This document shows, piece after piece, positions 49,876 through 61,319 of a stretch of DNA of 64,000 nucleotides. Position numbers and translations under genes: made by a program. How positions within the stretch are numbered: the first letter of the stretch is position 1; each line of letters opens with the position of its first letter. Under the pieces are notes generated by a model that worked only from the letters and a program-made list of their open reading frames with translations, did not search any database and had not been told where the DNA came from. This DNA comes from Fistulifera solaris (taxonomy: Eukaryota), in assembly GCA_030295235.1 (NCBI GenBank), contig AP026158.1:124001-188000 (forward strand), in the 5' to 3' direction.

Positions 49876-50183
49876 CCATAATATTATTATGAGCTCGCCC
49901 CGACCGACAAAGTCACGTTTCACGTAGATTCAGCCGATGCATTTCATCGTCTTGTTGCGGCAGGACATTGGCTGTGCATTAGATAAAAACCATAAAACGA
50001 GAAGTTTGGTGATTTCCGGCACTCCGAGTCGATGGTATGTCACGTCTTGCTTTTTGGAACAGGGTATTCTCATCTTGAATGAAAGGAAGGCGACAAGAAG
50101 ACTCCTTTTGTTTCTCTCACAAAGGAATCCATTCCGTATTCGCGACTTTTGCACATACTTTTCGAACACAATAAACCAAAACC

Positions 50184-50636
50184 ATGAAGACAGCACTCGC
50201 ATCAATTTTGTTTCTCGCCATGAGCGCACAGGGCCATTTCATCCATGATGATTCACGTGATTTACAAGATAACGTCACCGATGCTACTCCTACGATCGTT
50301 CCAGCGATTGTTGATACGGCGGAGCCTACCGTGTCTCCCACTGTCGCCCCCGATCCCACTGTCGCACCCACGGCACAAGACACTCCGGAACCGACGATTG
50401 CTCCCAATATTCCTCCCACCGTTCCTCCCACGGTGACACCAACCATTGCCCCCACCACACCGGCTCCTACCGTAGCGCCGACGGTGGCACCAACCGTCGC
50501 ACCGACGGCCATTGAAGTGACGATTGAAGTGAATGGAACCGAAGTACCGGCGCCGGCTCCGACGTCAGGATCGTCTTGGGTTGACGGAGTGCAGCCATTT
50601 TTGGTTCTCTTGGGCGTTACCGTCTTGTTTCTTTAA
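50184..50636 (+). CDS. Pro/Thr-rich (PTVAP) mucin-like secreted protein, putative GPI anchor
   Basis: Signal peptide, SRDL, PTVAP repeats, TSGSS plus hydrophobic tail; shares PTI.PAIVDT with the 49083 gene. Confidence 0.8.
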   Translation: MKTALASILFLAMSAQGHFIHDDSRDLQDNVTDATPTIVPAIVDTAEPTVSPTVAPDPTVAPTAQDTPEPTIAPNIPPTVPPTVTPTIAPTTPAPTVAPTVAPTVAPTAIEVTIEVNGTEVPAPAPTSGSSWVDGVQPFLVLLGVTVLFL

Positions 50637-51456
50637 AGACAACGATGGTAGATTGTGCGGATCGACATTTTTTCTCCAGGGAAAACGCAATGAACCAAAA
50701 AGACGTTTGCTCTGACTGGTCCCCAACACTTCGGAGTCTCTCTTGGCTGTTATAGAAAATTGAGTCTTGTTTGTGTATCGTATCTTTCATCAAAATCTTT
50801 TCAAAATTGAATTGTTAGACAGCATTTCGTCTTTATTACCGCAAACGCGCAATGTTATGACTCTGGCTGGGGGTATTTTGGCACTCTCGTCGTCCACGCC
50901 GTGTTACCAGGTATTGTTTTGCACAAATAATAATACTCCATTTTGAAATGGGGAGTGGTTGACAGACGAAAATGAAGCGCGTAACGTACAGAATGTAAAC
51001 AACCAGTTCGACACCAAGGGGGGACCGAGCTCCCACTTGCGGGGAGGACGCAACAAAGCAAAGATCTTTCTACAGCATGCTCATCGCTACTACTTTGTAT
51101 AACGTAGATATTATATTATACTGATATTTATTCCTAATTCCTAATTTCAAGGTTTGTTATAGCCTGTTTGTTCGGACCGTCCCGGCGATTATCGTTAGCT
51201 CGCAATAAGGTTAATGTCAGTCATCAAACGCTGCCACGGTCATTTGATCATGCTACACTGCAACCTAGTCATAACCTATTCTATAGAACCAAGTGTAGTG
51301 CGCGTTTCACTTTTTGGCGCACCGTTCGTTCGATCCAAGAAGCTCGTAAGAGATGCGAGCAACAAGATGCCGCCAAAAGCCATTCTCTGTGAATCGGAAA
51401 ACTTGAATAAAATTCATTGTAAAAGTAATCTATTCATTTCGCTTAGAACAAAAAAG

Positions 51457-52428
51457 ATGAAAGCTGTTACTCTCGTTCCCCTCCTGACGGCTCTTGCGCG
51501 AGAAGCACAATCGCAGTCACTTATGAAACCCACATTGCCGTCGGCACGCCGACTCGGTCGTCGTGCCTTACAAAACAGCAGTGCCTTGTGCACGTTCGAT
51601 GCCTTCATTGCAGGTGACTGTTCCTACGAAGAATTTTGTCTTCCGACCGAACCCAACAGCGCCGTGTCTTGTCAGGGTCTCCCGACTTCGACGTGGACGG
51701 TCGAATTAATTTACTTTGAATTGTGTTACGATGACTTTGATGACTTGGAAGGTGACTTGTACAACGCGTCGATTCCTCTCCCACCCGATGGATACTGCTC
51801 TACCGAGCGGGGGCTTTTCACTTTTACACAAGACGTCTTGACCAGCGTTTCGTTGAATCACACAATTACAGCGCCCTTTCAAAGTGCCGTTTTGGAAGAT
51901 TACAATGTCGTGGCGTGTCCCGACAGTGAGTTGCCCGATTTTGTGTTTGGAATAAACTATTGCTACGATGGTTGTCCACTTATGGCGTCGATCGATGGTA
52001 CCACTTGTACGGGAGAGTGTACCGTTTGTTCCGATGGTGTAGGATTGCTCAATTGCAGCAATCTGGATCCGACCTTTGTGTATGAATGCTCACCCGACTT
52101 CACCGCTGATGATATTTATCAAGAACTCTTGTCTTACTTGGGAAAGGAAGAGGAAACACCGAACGCAGTTCCGGTGACGTCGCCTGTCGAAACTCCAGTG
52201 ACATCGCCTGTCGAAACACCTATTGCAACTCCGGCCGATACTTCTGCGGGAACGCCGGTCGCAGAACCTCCCGCGGTGTCACCAACGACCAGTGAAGAAG
52301 GAGAAGAACCCATCGCACCCGTCAGTCCTTCCAATACTACCAATAATACCTCATCGTCGTCGGCGGGAATGAGTGGTGGATTTGCTGTTGCGTTGGCCTT
52401 TGCCGGGTACTCCTTGTTGGTCTACTGA
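51457..52428 (+). CDS. Cys-rich secreted surface protein, putative GPI anchor (paralogue 2)
   Basis: Signal peptide, RRL and RAL, 14-Cys domain, PVTSPVET stalk, SSSSA plus hydrophobic tail. Confidence 0.8.
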   Translation: MKAVTLVPLLTALAREAQSQSLMKPTLPSARRLGRRALQNSSALCTFDAFIAGDCSYEEFCLPTEPNSAVSCQGLPTSTWTVELIYFELCYDDFDDLEGDLYNASIPLPPDGYCSTERGLFTFTQDVLTSVSLNHTITAPFQSAVLEDYNVVACPDSELPDFVFGINYCYDGCPLMASIDGTTCTGECTVCSDGVGLLNCSNLDPTFVYECSPDFTADDIYQELLSYLGKEEETPNAVPVTSPVETPVTSPVETPIATPADTSAGTPVAEPPAVSPTTSEEGEEPIAPVSPSNTTNNTSSSSAGMSGGFAVALAFAGYSLLVY

Positions 52429-52897
52429 TGAAATAAAAAAAACAACAACCACAACTAAATTGTTTCAATTCAAAGCTACCCTTCTAGTCCGTTTAACAAA
52501 AGCTAATAGCTTCAGTCGCCATGCACCCCCCTCAGTCGTTGATTATAGTTTTCCATGATTTTAGCACAGCAAGTCGACTATATCCCTAAAGCGTATGTTG
52601 AAATTGACCACGATTGGTTTTCAGTCACGATGTCGAAACTCCAACCAAAAACATTCTATCCTCCAAAACCAGTCATTATTTCCGTTGCAGCTCATAAATG
52701 TCGGTTGATTGGATAAGTCGCTAAGTCAAAAACATGGTCATTCGCCATTCGTACATTCCACATCCAACGAGAAGCCGTGGAAACGTGCTACCACTTTACA
52801 AGTACTGTACGCCTCGAACCGCATCTCGATCGCATCCGCAAACAACGAAGCAAGCAGCACCATTCCATTATCATCTTCTTTCTTTTATAGACCAATC

Positions 52898-53698
52898 ATG
52901 AATTTCCTTACTCTTATCACGGCACTACCAGTGATTGTTGGTGCCTTGGATGAATCCACGAGTTTTTTGTACGACAAGGCGTATCGCCGACATTTTCGAT
53001 TGCTACAACGACAACAACATCATCACGTCGTTCGCAAACTTGAAGTGTGTGACTTTTTTACTGCCTTGCAACTCAATTGTTCGATCGAAGAATTTTGCGC
53101 CATTCTCAATGACGACGAAGATGTTTCGACATACGAATGTGGTGGTGATCTGGAAGGTGCCGGAACGTTCTATTATCGAGTCGAAGATCCTTTGAGATGT
53201 TACGAAAGTTTTCAAGACGAAAATGGCACCATCGTCGAAGATGTGCCTCTCGAGGGCGCCGCGTATTGTTCCCGAATGATAGGATATTTCAATTTCACGG
53301 GAGATTTACTCACCGTATCCAATGTGACAGAGGAAGTCACCGCTCCGGACGAATTACAAGGCGTTGTGCGTTTAGTGTTACCGGTTGCGGCCTGTACTAT
53401 GGACGAATCGGACTTCTTTATCAATCAGCCCTATTGCATTGGGAAATGTCCGGATGTGATCGAAATCAATGGCGTCCAATGTGAAGGCGATTGCGTGGAA
53501 TGTGACGACGGCTCTCGTCTACCGAATTGTGGGAATATTGATGCAAGTTTAGTGGGGGATTGCGCGGCACCGGAATGGGAGGACGATGATTTTACCGAAG
53601 AATTTCTAGTTTACTTCAACAAGACGAATACGGGCTCGTCAGCCGTGGCACAGGGCGCGTTAATTGGTGTCTTGCTGTCATTCGTGGCGTTCTTTTAA
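52898..53698 (+). CDS. Cys-rich secreted surface protein, putative GPI anchor (paralogue 3)
   Basis: Signal peptide, RKL, 14-Cys domain, GSSA plus hydrophobic tail. Confidence 0.8.
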   Translation: MNFLTLITALPVIVGALDESTSFLYDKAYRRHFRLLQRQQHHHVVRKLEVCDFFTALQLNCSIEEFCAILNDDEDVSTYECGGDLEGAGTFYYRVEDPLRCYESFQDENGTIVEDVPLEGAAYCSRMIGYFNFTGDLLTVSNVTEEVTAPDELQGVVRLVLPVAACTMDESDFFINQPYCIGKCPDVIEINGVQCEGDCVECDDGSRLPNCGNIDASLVGDCAAPEWEDDDFTEEFLVYFNKTNTGSSAVAQGALIGVLLSFVAFF

Positions 53699-54306
53699 AA
53701 TGATCTGTCGTTGATTGCGATTGTGACTTCAATTCTTCGAGATAAGGTGGCAAGTACGGAGATCAATTACGAAATAGGGTCGAGCCTTTCATTTCTTTTG
53801 CACAATAATATGTCACGCCCATTTTTTCTGAATTGTCAACCTACTCCGTTTATAAGACTATGTCTTATTTTCTTCAGCATAATTTGAAAGAATTTTTCAT
53901 TGCTTTTCATTCATCGACAATTTCTGTCGAGTTTGTATAGCAATTAGGTCTGCTCGTGTACCTCAGGGCGCCCAAATGAACAAAGAGAGGTTATTTTTGA
54001 GTGTCAACGGAAACTAGGATTAGTGGGTAGAAATCAAATGACGTACAATATTACATCGGTATAAGTACCGTTTGTTACGCACTATAGCATTGAAAGTGGT
54101 GCGATGATCCACGTCAGTCTCCGTGATACACGGAGTAAACACAGTCAATTCACGATTTGCCGAAGAGAGCTTTTTTCATCCTCACAAAAAAAAAACTCAC
54201 AACAATATCACAACCTTTCTCGTGGTCATCCATCGGGCTCTTGTTGACTCCCTCTCTCGAACTTGTTTTCTTCCACAATCGATTTTCTTTTTTACCAAAA
54301 AATACA

Positions 54307-54731
54307 ATGTGCTTTCCGGATCAAAAAGCGTCGACGAACGCCCCTCGCGCTCCGTCAACAAACGACGCAAAGTCTCGTTCGCTCCCGCCATTTTGGTCCA
54401 CGAAACTGACACCTCATCGGAGACGTGGTATCAAGCGGTGGATTACTCGACATTTGAACGCGAACGTCGTGAAACGATCGTCGCTTTGTCGACCGAAGAC
54501 CGTTGCCGCCCGCGGGGGCTGGAAGGGACGCGACAAGAAATTATGGATCGTAAACGAAAATCCTTGCAGTGCAAGAAAGCCGTACTGGAACAACAAGAAT
54601 TACAAAAATCGTTGGGATACTTCAATCCGGAATTGTTGGAAGAAACGTACAGGAAATTTTCAGACGAAGCGGCACACTGTGCGAGACAACGGGCGATGAG
54701 TCTGGAACAAGAATCATCATCGCCATGCTAG
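54307..54731 (+). CDS. Small protein with KVSF...WY...RGLE motifs; frameshift at A5 run ~54323
   Basis: RKVSF, TWY...DY, RGLE, AVLEQQ..Q motif order; the ATG at 54307 joins after a 1-nt correction. Confidence 0.6.
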
Positions 54732-55199
54732 TGTTTTTAGAATGAATATATAGAGAGAGATAAAATTCGCACAACTCACACAGAATAGTCTCGTGGCACA
54801 GGTTTTTCCCGAATCTGCCATTTTGTAAATTGAATGATGACTGACCTGAGGAACTGGAAAGACTTTTCTAATTATGACCATAGAGGAACTCACTACTACA
54901 GCTCTACCACTTTCTTTTGTCACTTTATTCTTTTGAAATGTTCTAGAGATAACATTTAATCTCATTTTAAGCGAGCTAAGGTAATGCGATGACATTGACG
55001 CTCTTCTTACAATCCGGTCATGAATGACGTCACATAGATGTTCGGAGGAGAGCTTCGTCGAAACATCATGCAGTCGTGAATCGGTCGCGTTCTCGATCTC
55101 AAGTTTTTTAGTAGTATTATTTCATATTGTTGCCGCTCTTATTGCCTCTTCATTACATTGATTCATTCTCGACTCTCATTCAGTTGACATTTAGCATTA

Positions 55200-56030
55200 A
55201 TGTTAGTTATTACACCCCTCGAAGGACGCGTCGCGGTCGTGACGGGAAGTAACAAAGGCATTGGGTATTTCATTGCTCTGCAATTGGGGTTGTCGGGCTT
55301 GTTTCAACACATTTGTCTCGCGTGTCGCGATCTCCAACGCACTATAGAAGCCGTCGAATCATTGAAACAGCAATTACCTCCCGAAGTACAAGTGTCGAGT
55401 GCTCCCTTGCTGTTGGGAGACATTGCAAGTCACCAAACATTGGCGCAAACGTTGCAAGAACGCTATGGCAAAATCGATGTCCTCGTCAACAATGCCGCCA
55501 TGGCGTACAAACAAGCGGATCCGACACCGTTTCGTGAACAATGTAGTCCTACACTGAACGTCAATTTCCGTGGTTCCTGTGATTTGACCGAACAATTGTT
55601 GCCTCTTCTCAGAAAAGGCACCGACGCACGCATCGTCAATGTTGCCAGCATGTCGGGACGACTCGGACAAGTTTCATCGGAAAGACAAGCCCAGTTTGCA
55701 GCCGACGATTTGACCATGGAACAATTACATGCCCTGATGGATGAATTCGAACACGATGTTCTGGCGGGACATCATCGCGAAAAGGGATGGAGCAATTCGA
55801 ATTACGGAATGAGTAAATTGGCGGTGATTGCCGCCACCAAAGTTTGGGCTCGCCAAGAACCTTCCATCAAGGTCAATTGCTGTTGTCCGGGATATTGTAA
55901 GACGGATATGACCAGTCAGAAAGGATTGCGGGATCCGGCGGACGGAGCGAAGAATGCAGTATTGCCGGCGACTATGGAGCATCCCCCGACGGGAGAATTC
56001 TTTGCCGATTACAAAGTAGCGAGTTGGTAA
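55200..56030 (+). CDS. Short-chain dehydrogenase, carbonyl reductase (CBR1-like), copy 1
   Basis: TGSNKGIG, ACRD, NNAA, NVAS, YGMSK, CCPGYCKTDM. Confidence 0.92.
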   Translation: MLVITPLEGRVAVVTGSNKGIGYFIALQLGLSGLFQHICLACRDLQRTIEAVESLKQQLPPEVQVSSAPLLLGDIASHQTLAQTLQERYGKIDVLVNNAAMAYKQADPTPFREQCSPTLNVNFRGSCDLTEQLLPLLRKGTDARIVNVASMSGRLGQVSSERQAQFAADDLTMEQLHALMDEFEHDVLAGHHREKGWSNSNYGMSKLAVIAATKVWARQEPSIKVNCCCPGYCKTDMTSQKGLRDPADGAKNAVLPATMEHPPTGEFFADYKVASW

Positions 56031-56671
56031 GAACCAGAGCACCAAAAACACAAAAATATATGTGGTTAGTTAGAGTGTAATTATGTTCTTCGTTCCTTAA
56101 TGTTAGACCTCATCGGACTGTGCTTTTATCACGACACACTCTCTCCAGGACTCAGCCCCTTTGCATCGTGATTGCGAAAGCTCTGTGGAATGCCATGTGG
56201 AGGAGATAACAATAAACCTTTGTGTGGCTGTCATCGCAAACTGAAGTATTCCATAGTTAGCTGCGATATTTCTAGCCCCCGGAGTAGTTTTTTTGCAATG
56301 TTCGATGTGTAGCCGAACGACTCCTTCTTCAATAGCCGTTGGGGTCTCGAAAGAGTTCTGCTGTATATCTGTGCTTGCACGCCTTTTGACAACCGGAGTT
56401 CTCGTTCTCTACCGAACCATTCGCAAAACAAAGAGGGTCGAAACGCTATTTTTCTGTACGCTCACGAGTGACATCGGGTGATTTCATGATTCTCATGGAA
56501 TCATATCTACGACGTAAGAACAATCGGTGAACCTCGAAAATGGAGAAGCCGTCGTGTAAAGTGATCGCCCTATTCGTGCGTGCACCACTTTTTCTCACAA
56601 AATTTCATTTTCTTTTTGAAAATTGAACGATCCATTTTTACAAAACAAACAAACAAACAGATTATCACCAT

Positions 56672-57490
56672 ATGTCGAACAAAGGACGCGTTGCGGTAGT
56701 CACCGGCGGTGACAAGGGAATCGGATACCACATTGCGCTGCAATTGGGATCCTCCGGTCTGTTCGAGCACATCTGCATCACGTGTCAAGATCACAATCAG
56801 GCACAATCGGTCGTCGATGAATTGCAAAACCAAATGCCCACGGGTGTGAACGTTTGTTGCAGTGAATTGGTGTTGGGAGACACGATGAGTATGGCCGGAT
56901 TCGCGAAAATGGTGGAAGAGCGCTACAGCAAGATTGATGTTTTGGTGAACAATGCTGGCATGGCGTTCACGCATTCGGATCCCACGCCCCTTGAAGATCA
57001 GTGCAAAACCACCATGAACATTAACTTTCGCGGAACGTGCGAATTGACGGAGAAGTTGTTGCCCTTGCTCCGTCAAGGAACAGATCCTCGTCTCATCAAT
57101 GTGATCAGTGCGGAAGGTCGTCTCAGTCAGCTATCCGAAGATCGTCAAATGCAATTTACCGACGATAACTTGACCATGGATCAGTTGTACAGTCTCGTGG
57201 ATGAATACGAACGCGATGTGTTGGCCCGCAATCATTTGGAGAAGGGCTGGGGCAATTCGTGTTACGGCATGAGCAAATTGGCCTTGATTGCGGCCACGAA
57301 AGTGTGGGCCCACCAGGAACCAGGCATCAAAGTCGATTGTTGTGATCCGGGCTATTGCAAGACGGATATGACCCATATGAAAGGCGAACGTGATCCGGCG
57401 GATGGTGCCAAGTGCATCGTAATGCCCGCGACCATGGCGAATCCTCCGACTGGTCAGATCTTTTCGGATTACATGATTGCCAGCTGGTAA
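56672..57490 (+). CDS. Short-chain dehydrogenase, CBR1-like, copy 2
   Basis: TGGDKGIG, NNAG, NVIS, YGMSK. Confidence 0.9.
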   Translation: MSNKGRVAVVTGGDKGIGYHIALQLGSSGLFEHICITCQDHNQAQSVVDELQNQMPTGVNVCCSELVLGDTMSMAGFAKMVEERYSKIDVLVNNAGMAFTHSDPTPLEDQCKTTMNINFRGTCELTEKLLPLLRQGTDPRLINVISAEGRLSQLSEDRQMQFTDDNLTMDQLYSLVDEYERDVLARNHLEKGWGNSCYGMSKLALIAATKVWAHQEPGIKVDCCDPGYCKTDMTHMKGERDPADGAKCIVMPATMANPPTGQIFSDYMIASW

Positions 57491-58737
57491 AAAAGTCGGG
57501 GATGAAAACAGGTGCATATTCGTATAGACATATATATGTAGTCCATGGAGGAACTGGAAATGGATATGTATGACATTGCATTTGGAAAAAGTCGCTTCAA
57601 AATTCATTCTTTATAAATAAAAATTCGATTTCCTTTGAAAGGCAGTTTCTTGTTTGATTGTAGAAGGCTTGGGCGGGGGCTTCGTCCGTCGAGCAAATGA
57701 TACTTTGTTAGTTGTTTCGTCTTTCATGATACGGTAGAAGTACTTTGTATGCTACTTGGTATTTGTTGAAATGGAAAAAAAAGACACTAGAAACAAGGTA
57801 ACATGTGTATGGTGTTTGCTCTTTGCCTCGCTCTCGCATTTGTCATCGTCGTCGTCGTGGATGCGGGGGACTTTCGGCCTACTTCATGACTGAAGAATGA
57901 TGCAGTCGAGGCGAAATACGAACAACACATTCTAGCGCGCTATGTATTAGTCCAAGAAGCAGTCACGAGAAAAGCGCCCCCGACCAATTGAAAAACAGTA
58001 ATTTAAAGGCAAACTACGATATTTGTCTTGAAGATAATTATCCAGAGAGGTAATGCTTACGCTGCTGCATTTTATATTATCATGTACGAGATGTGAAATG
58101 CGGAACGGAAGCAGAGACTTGTCATGGCAGTTGCGAAACCTCAAAACGTCTACTCCTTTCTTCAATGATGAAACCTTAGTACTGGTAGATACGGAGACGA
58201 AGGATTCTCTCGACAAACAATGACCGATGTGTGCATGTCATTACGTGTTAACATAGATTCATGACTGAGATTCAGTCGTGGGTTCATTTCGTGTACATGA
58301 ACTGACTATGGTAATTGGCGAAAGCCAGAAGATTTTGCAAAGGATCCAAAAAAAATGAGAGGGGGTGCATTGCATTCAAAATAAGCATGAATACAAAGTA
58401 CCGGTACTTCTATTTCATCCAACTAGGCACGAGTTCCATTCGAGATATTCAAATTCTTTTGAAAACTTTTATTCCTAGCCGGATGGGAAAAAAAGAAATT
58501 CATTCGCCGCGAAGAACCAAAATAATGAGATCGCGAACGCTTTCCCTTTCTTTTTTCCAAAGAAAAATCGTCGAACTTCGAAATGATTGAGATTCTGTTC
58601 TCCTGCTTTCCATTGATTTGACAACGCAAAGGATAACCTCACAATTTCCTAAAGCTTCTCACAAAAATACGATTGATGGGTATTTCATTGATTCGAGAGC
58701 AATGGATCACAAGAACAAGAAACAAAAAAGAACCACC

Positions 58738-59610
58738 ATGTCGTCGTCGTCGTCCTCGCCGCAAACCAAAATTCTCATGTCCAGTAACGAACGCGTCGCC
58801 GTCATTACGGGTGGTGAAAAGGGGATCGGCTACAATATTGCGGTGCAATTGGGACAATCGGGTCTCTTCCAGCATATTTGTGTCACTTGTCGTGATGAGA
58901 GTCAAGTCGAATCGACGGTAAATTCGTTAAAAGAGAAACTATCGCCCGATATCAAAATCTGCTGCAGCCCGATGGAGTTGGGCGACACGAGAAGTCACGA
59001 AGATCTAGCCACGACCTTGAAAACTCTGTACGGGAAGATTGATGTCCTTGTCAACAATGCGGGTATGGCGTACGATGTAGATGATGATGATGATGATGAT
59101 TCGACGCCCGAGGAAGAACAGTGCAGCAATACGTTGAACATTAACTTTCGCGGAACGTGCAGTTTAACGGAAGAATTGCTGCCGTTGTTGCGTCAAGGCT
59201 CGGACCCTCGTATCATCAATGTCGTCAGTGAACAAGGACATCTCAAGCAACTTTCGAAAGAACGTCAGAAACAGTTCACGGCGGATGACTTGACGATGGA
59301 GAAGTTGTTTGATTTGATGGAAGAATACGAGAATGACGTTCAAGAGGGGAATCATTTGGACAAGGGATGGGGCAAATCGTTCTATGGGATGGCCGATTTG
59401 GCCTTGGTGGCCGCCTCGCAAGTTTGGGCCCACAATGAACCCGACATTACCGTCGATTGCTGCGATCCAGGCTATTGTCAGACGGATATGACCCACCAAA
59501 AGGGAAATCGTGATCCGGCGGAAGGTGCCAAGTGTGTGGTGAAGCCGGCAACTATGGAGAATCCGCCTACAGGGGCATTTTATGCCAATAATGAGATTGC
59601 AAGCTGGTAA
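58738..59610 (+). CDS. Short-chain dehydrogenase, CBR1-like, copy 3 (catalytic Lys replaced)
   Basis: TGGEKGIG, NNAG, NVVS, but YGMAD instead of YGMSK; poly-Asp insert. Confidence 0.88.
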   Translation: MSSSSSSPQTKILMSSNERVAVITGGEKGIGYNIAVQLGQSGLFQHICVTCRDESQVESTVNSLKEKLSPDIKICCSPMELGDTRSHEDLATTLKTLYGKIDVLVNNAGMAYDVDDDDDDDSTPEEEQCSNTLNINFRGTCSLTEELLPLLRQGSDPRIINVVSEQGHLKQLSKERQKQFTADDLTMEKLFDLMEEYENDVQEGNHLDKGWGKSFYGMADLALVAASQVWAHNEPDITVDCCDPGYCQTDMTHQKGNRDPAEGAKCVVKPATMENPPTGAFYANNEIASW

Positions 59611-59768
59611 AAAAAGCAATCGTCCATTATCAATAGTCCGGCCATCCGGCTCTACGAATGCATAAGAAATACGTACATAATGTATAATCTTTTCTATGGT
59701 TCAGCAATTGTGTGTAGATTATGTGAAAGACGATTATTAGATCGATTGAGCATTGTTTCCGTTATAGA

Positions 59769-60745
59769 CTATATAGTGACCTTACTTTTTCGTAGACGTG
59801 TAAAGGAGAATTTGAGAACACACATAAAGATGAAATGCGTGACGGGAAAGGCCAATACAAAGGTAGCCGCTTTGCCGGCATCCTGTTGCAACAACGGATT
59901 GGCCAAATTGCGCAACACGAAACATCCCGACATGAGTGTCGCGAGCATCAGCAGTATCCACTGCATCAGAGACCACCACGGCATCCAGAGCAAACTTGTG
60001 ATTGCCACATAAGGTACCAAACAATATCCATAACAACAAATCCACATAACCCAGGGTACTTTCGTCATGCCCATGCAAATGGTCGCCAACCAAAAGAAGG
60101 TGGGCAATCCGAACGCAAAAGTGGCCACGACACTGAGTGCGTGAATCAAATGCGTGAGATCGTATTCCATGGCTTGAAAGTCTCCTGCTGCGGAGGATGG
60201 ATTCGTCGTATTGGTCGTAGTAGACGAATGATGATGTTGGTTCGTAGTAAACTGTTTCCAGTGATCAAAATAGAGCAACATGTTACTCGTCACGGCCAAC
60301 GTAAATACCAACGTACAGGCAATCCACAAGGGTCCATACAAATCGGGACCTTTGCGCAAAATGGGTGTTTCCTGATTGTTATCGGTGTCGGACGTTTCGG
60401 ACGTGACAACGACATTCCGATCATCCCCCAAGGTATCGACGCGGAAATAATCGGGCAAATGAAAAAACAACAAGGCCGCCTTGAGTCGTCCAGCGACATC
60501 AGACGTATCGACATCAAAGTAAATTTGATAAGTATCCAAGCGGATACAATTGAGACAGCCAGCGAAGGAAAAGAAAGATGAAGCGGGCGTTTGGTTGTTG
60601 TAGTTGTGAGGAGCCGCATTTTGATCCATCGTTCCGGACAAGTACTGGACGTTGCCTTGGGGTGGTGGTGGTTGTTGCATACCATAAGGCTGTTGCTGCT
60701 GCATATTGTATAACTGTTGTGGTTGTTGCTGCATATTATTATAAG

Positions 60746-60776
<31 letters not shown>

Positions 60777-60875
60777 TTGTTGCTGCGGCGCTGGCTGGGC
60801 ACGAAAGGGATTCGGAGCAAACGGATCGTCTTCTTCGTCGTAATTACTATTCATACCGTACGAGGATTGCATCAT
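59769..60875 (-). CDS. Yip1-domain protein (YIPF1/2-like) with poly-Gln N-terminus
   Basis: YFDVDT..V..RL, PDLYGPLWIACTLVF, ICCYGY, several transmembrane segments; (CAG/CAA)n tract. Confidence 0.88.
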
Positions 60876-61319
60876 CTTGTTTGTTGCAATTTTAAAAGAT
60901 AAGAAGAACTTGAAACGCTTGCAAGAGAATGGAATGGAAAAAATGAAAATAGGATAAAAAACAGTTCGTCCTCTCAATGCTTTGTTGCAGCTTGCAGAGC
61001 ATTTGCGCGTGTCGTCGTCGTTGCCGGATGCGGCGAAAATATAAATAATAGAGCGTCTTCCTAACGTCTGAGTGTCGTCCGTCAATGACTCCACTCATGA
61101 CACAAGACAAAAGACTCACGACTCCCTCGACAGACTTTTTTGCACCTCATCGTCCACGTCAAATGTTTGTGTTGGCACTTACTAGTAGTGGCACACGTAC
61201 CAAAGCACGGACTGACTCGGCATCTCCTACAACGATGTTGGAGACACTCCATTTTTTGAAAAATTCTACTCCGGAGTATAACAAATCACCATCATTATTT
61301 CATTCACAACAAGGCCATT

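Noticed and set aside
499..54731. Programmed ribosomal frameshifting
   Set aside because: Breaks occur at varied homopolymers with no common slippery motif or consistent direction; sequencing error is simpler.
22599..55032. TGACGTCA bZIP/aureochrome-like sites at 22599 and 55025
   Set aside because: Two upstream copies of an 8-mer are close to chance expectation; no further support.
11845..60875. Functional cluster of trafficking genes (VPS37, Sec14, TVP23, YIPF)
   Set aside because: Spread over ~50 kb among unrelated genes; compatible with chance.
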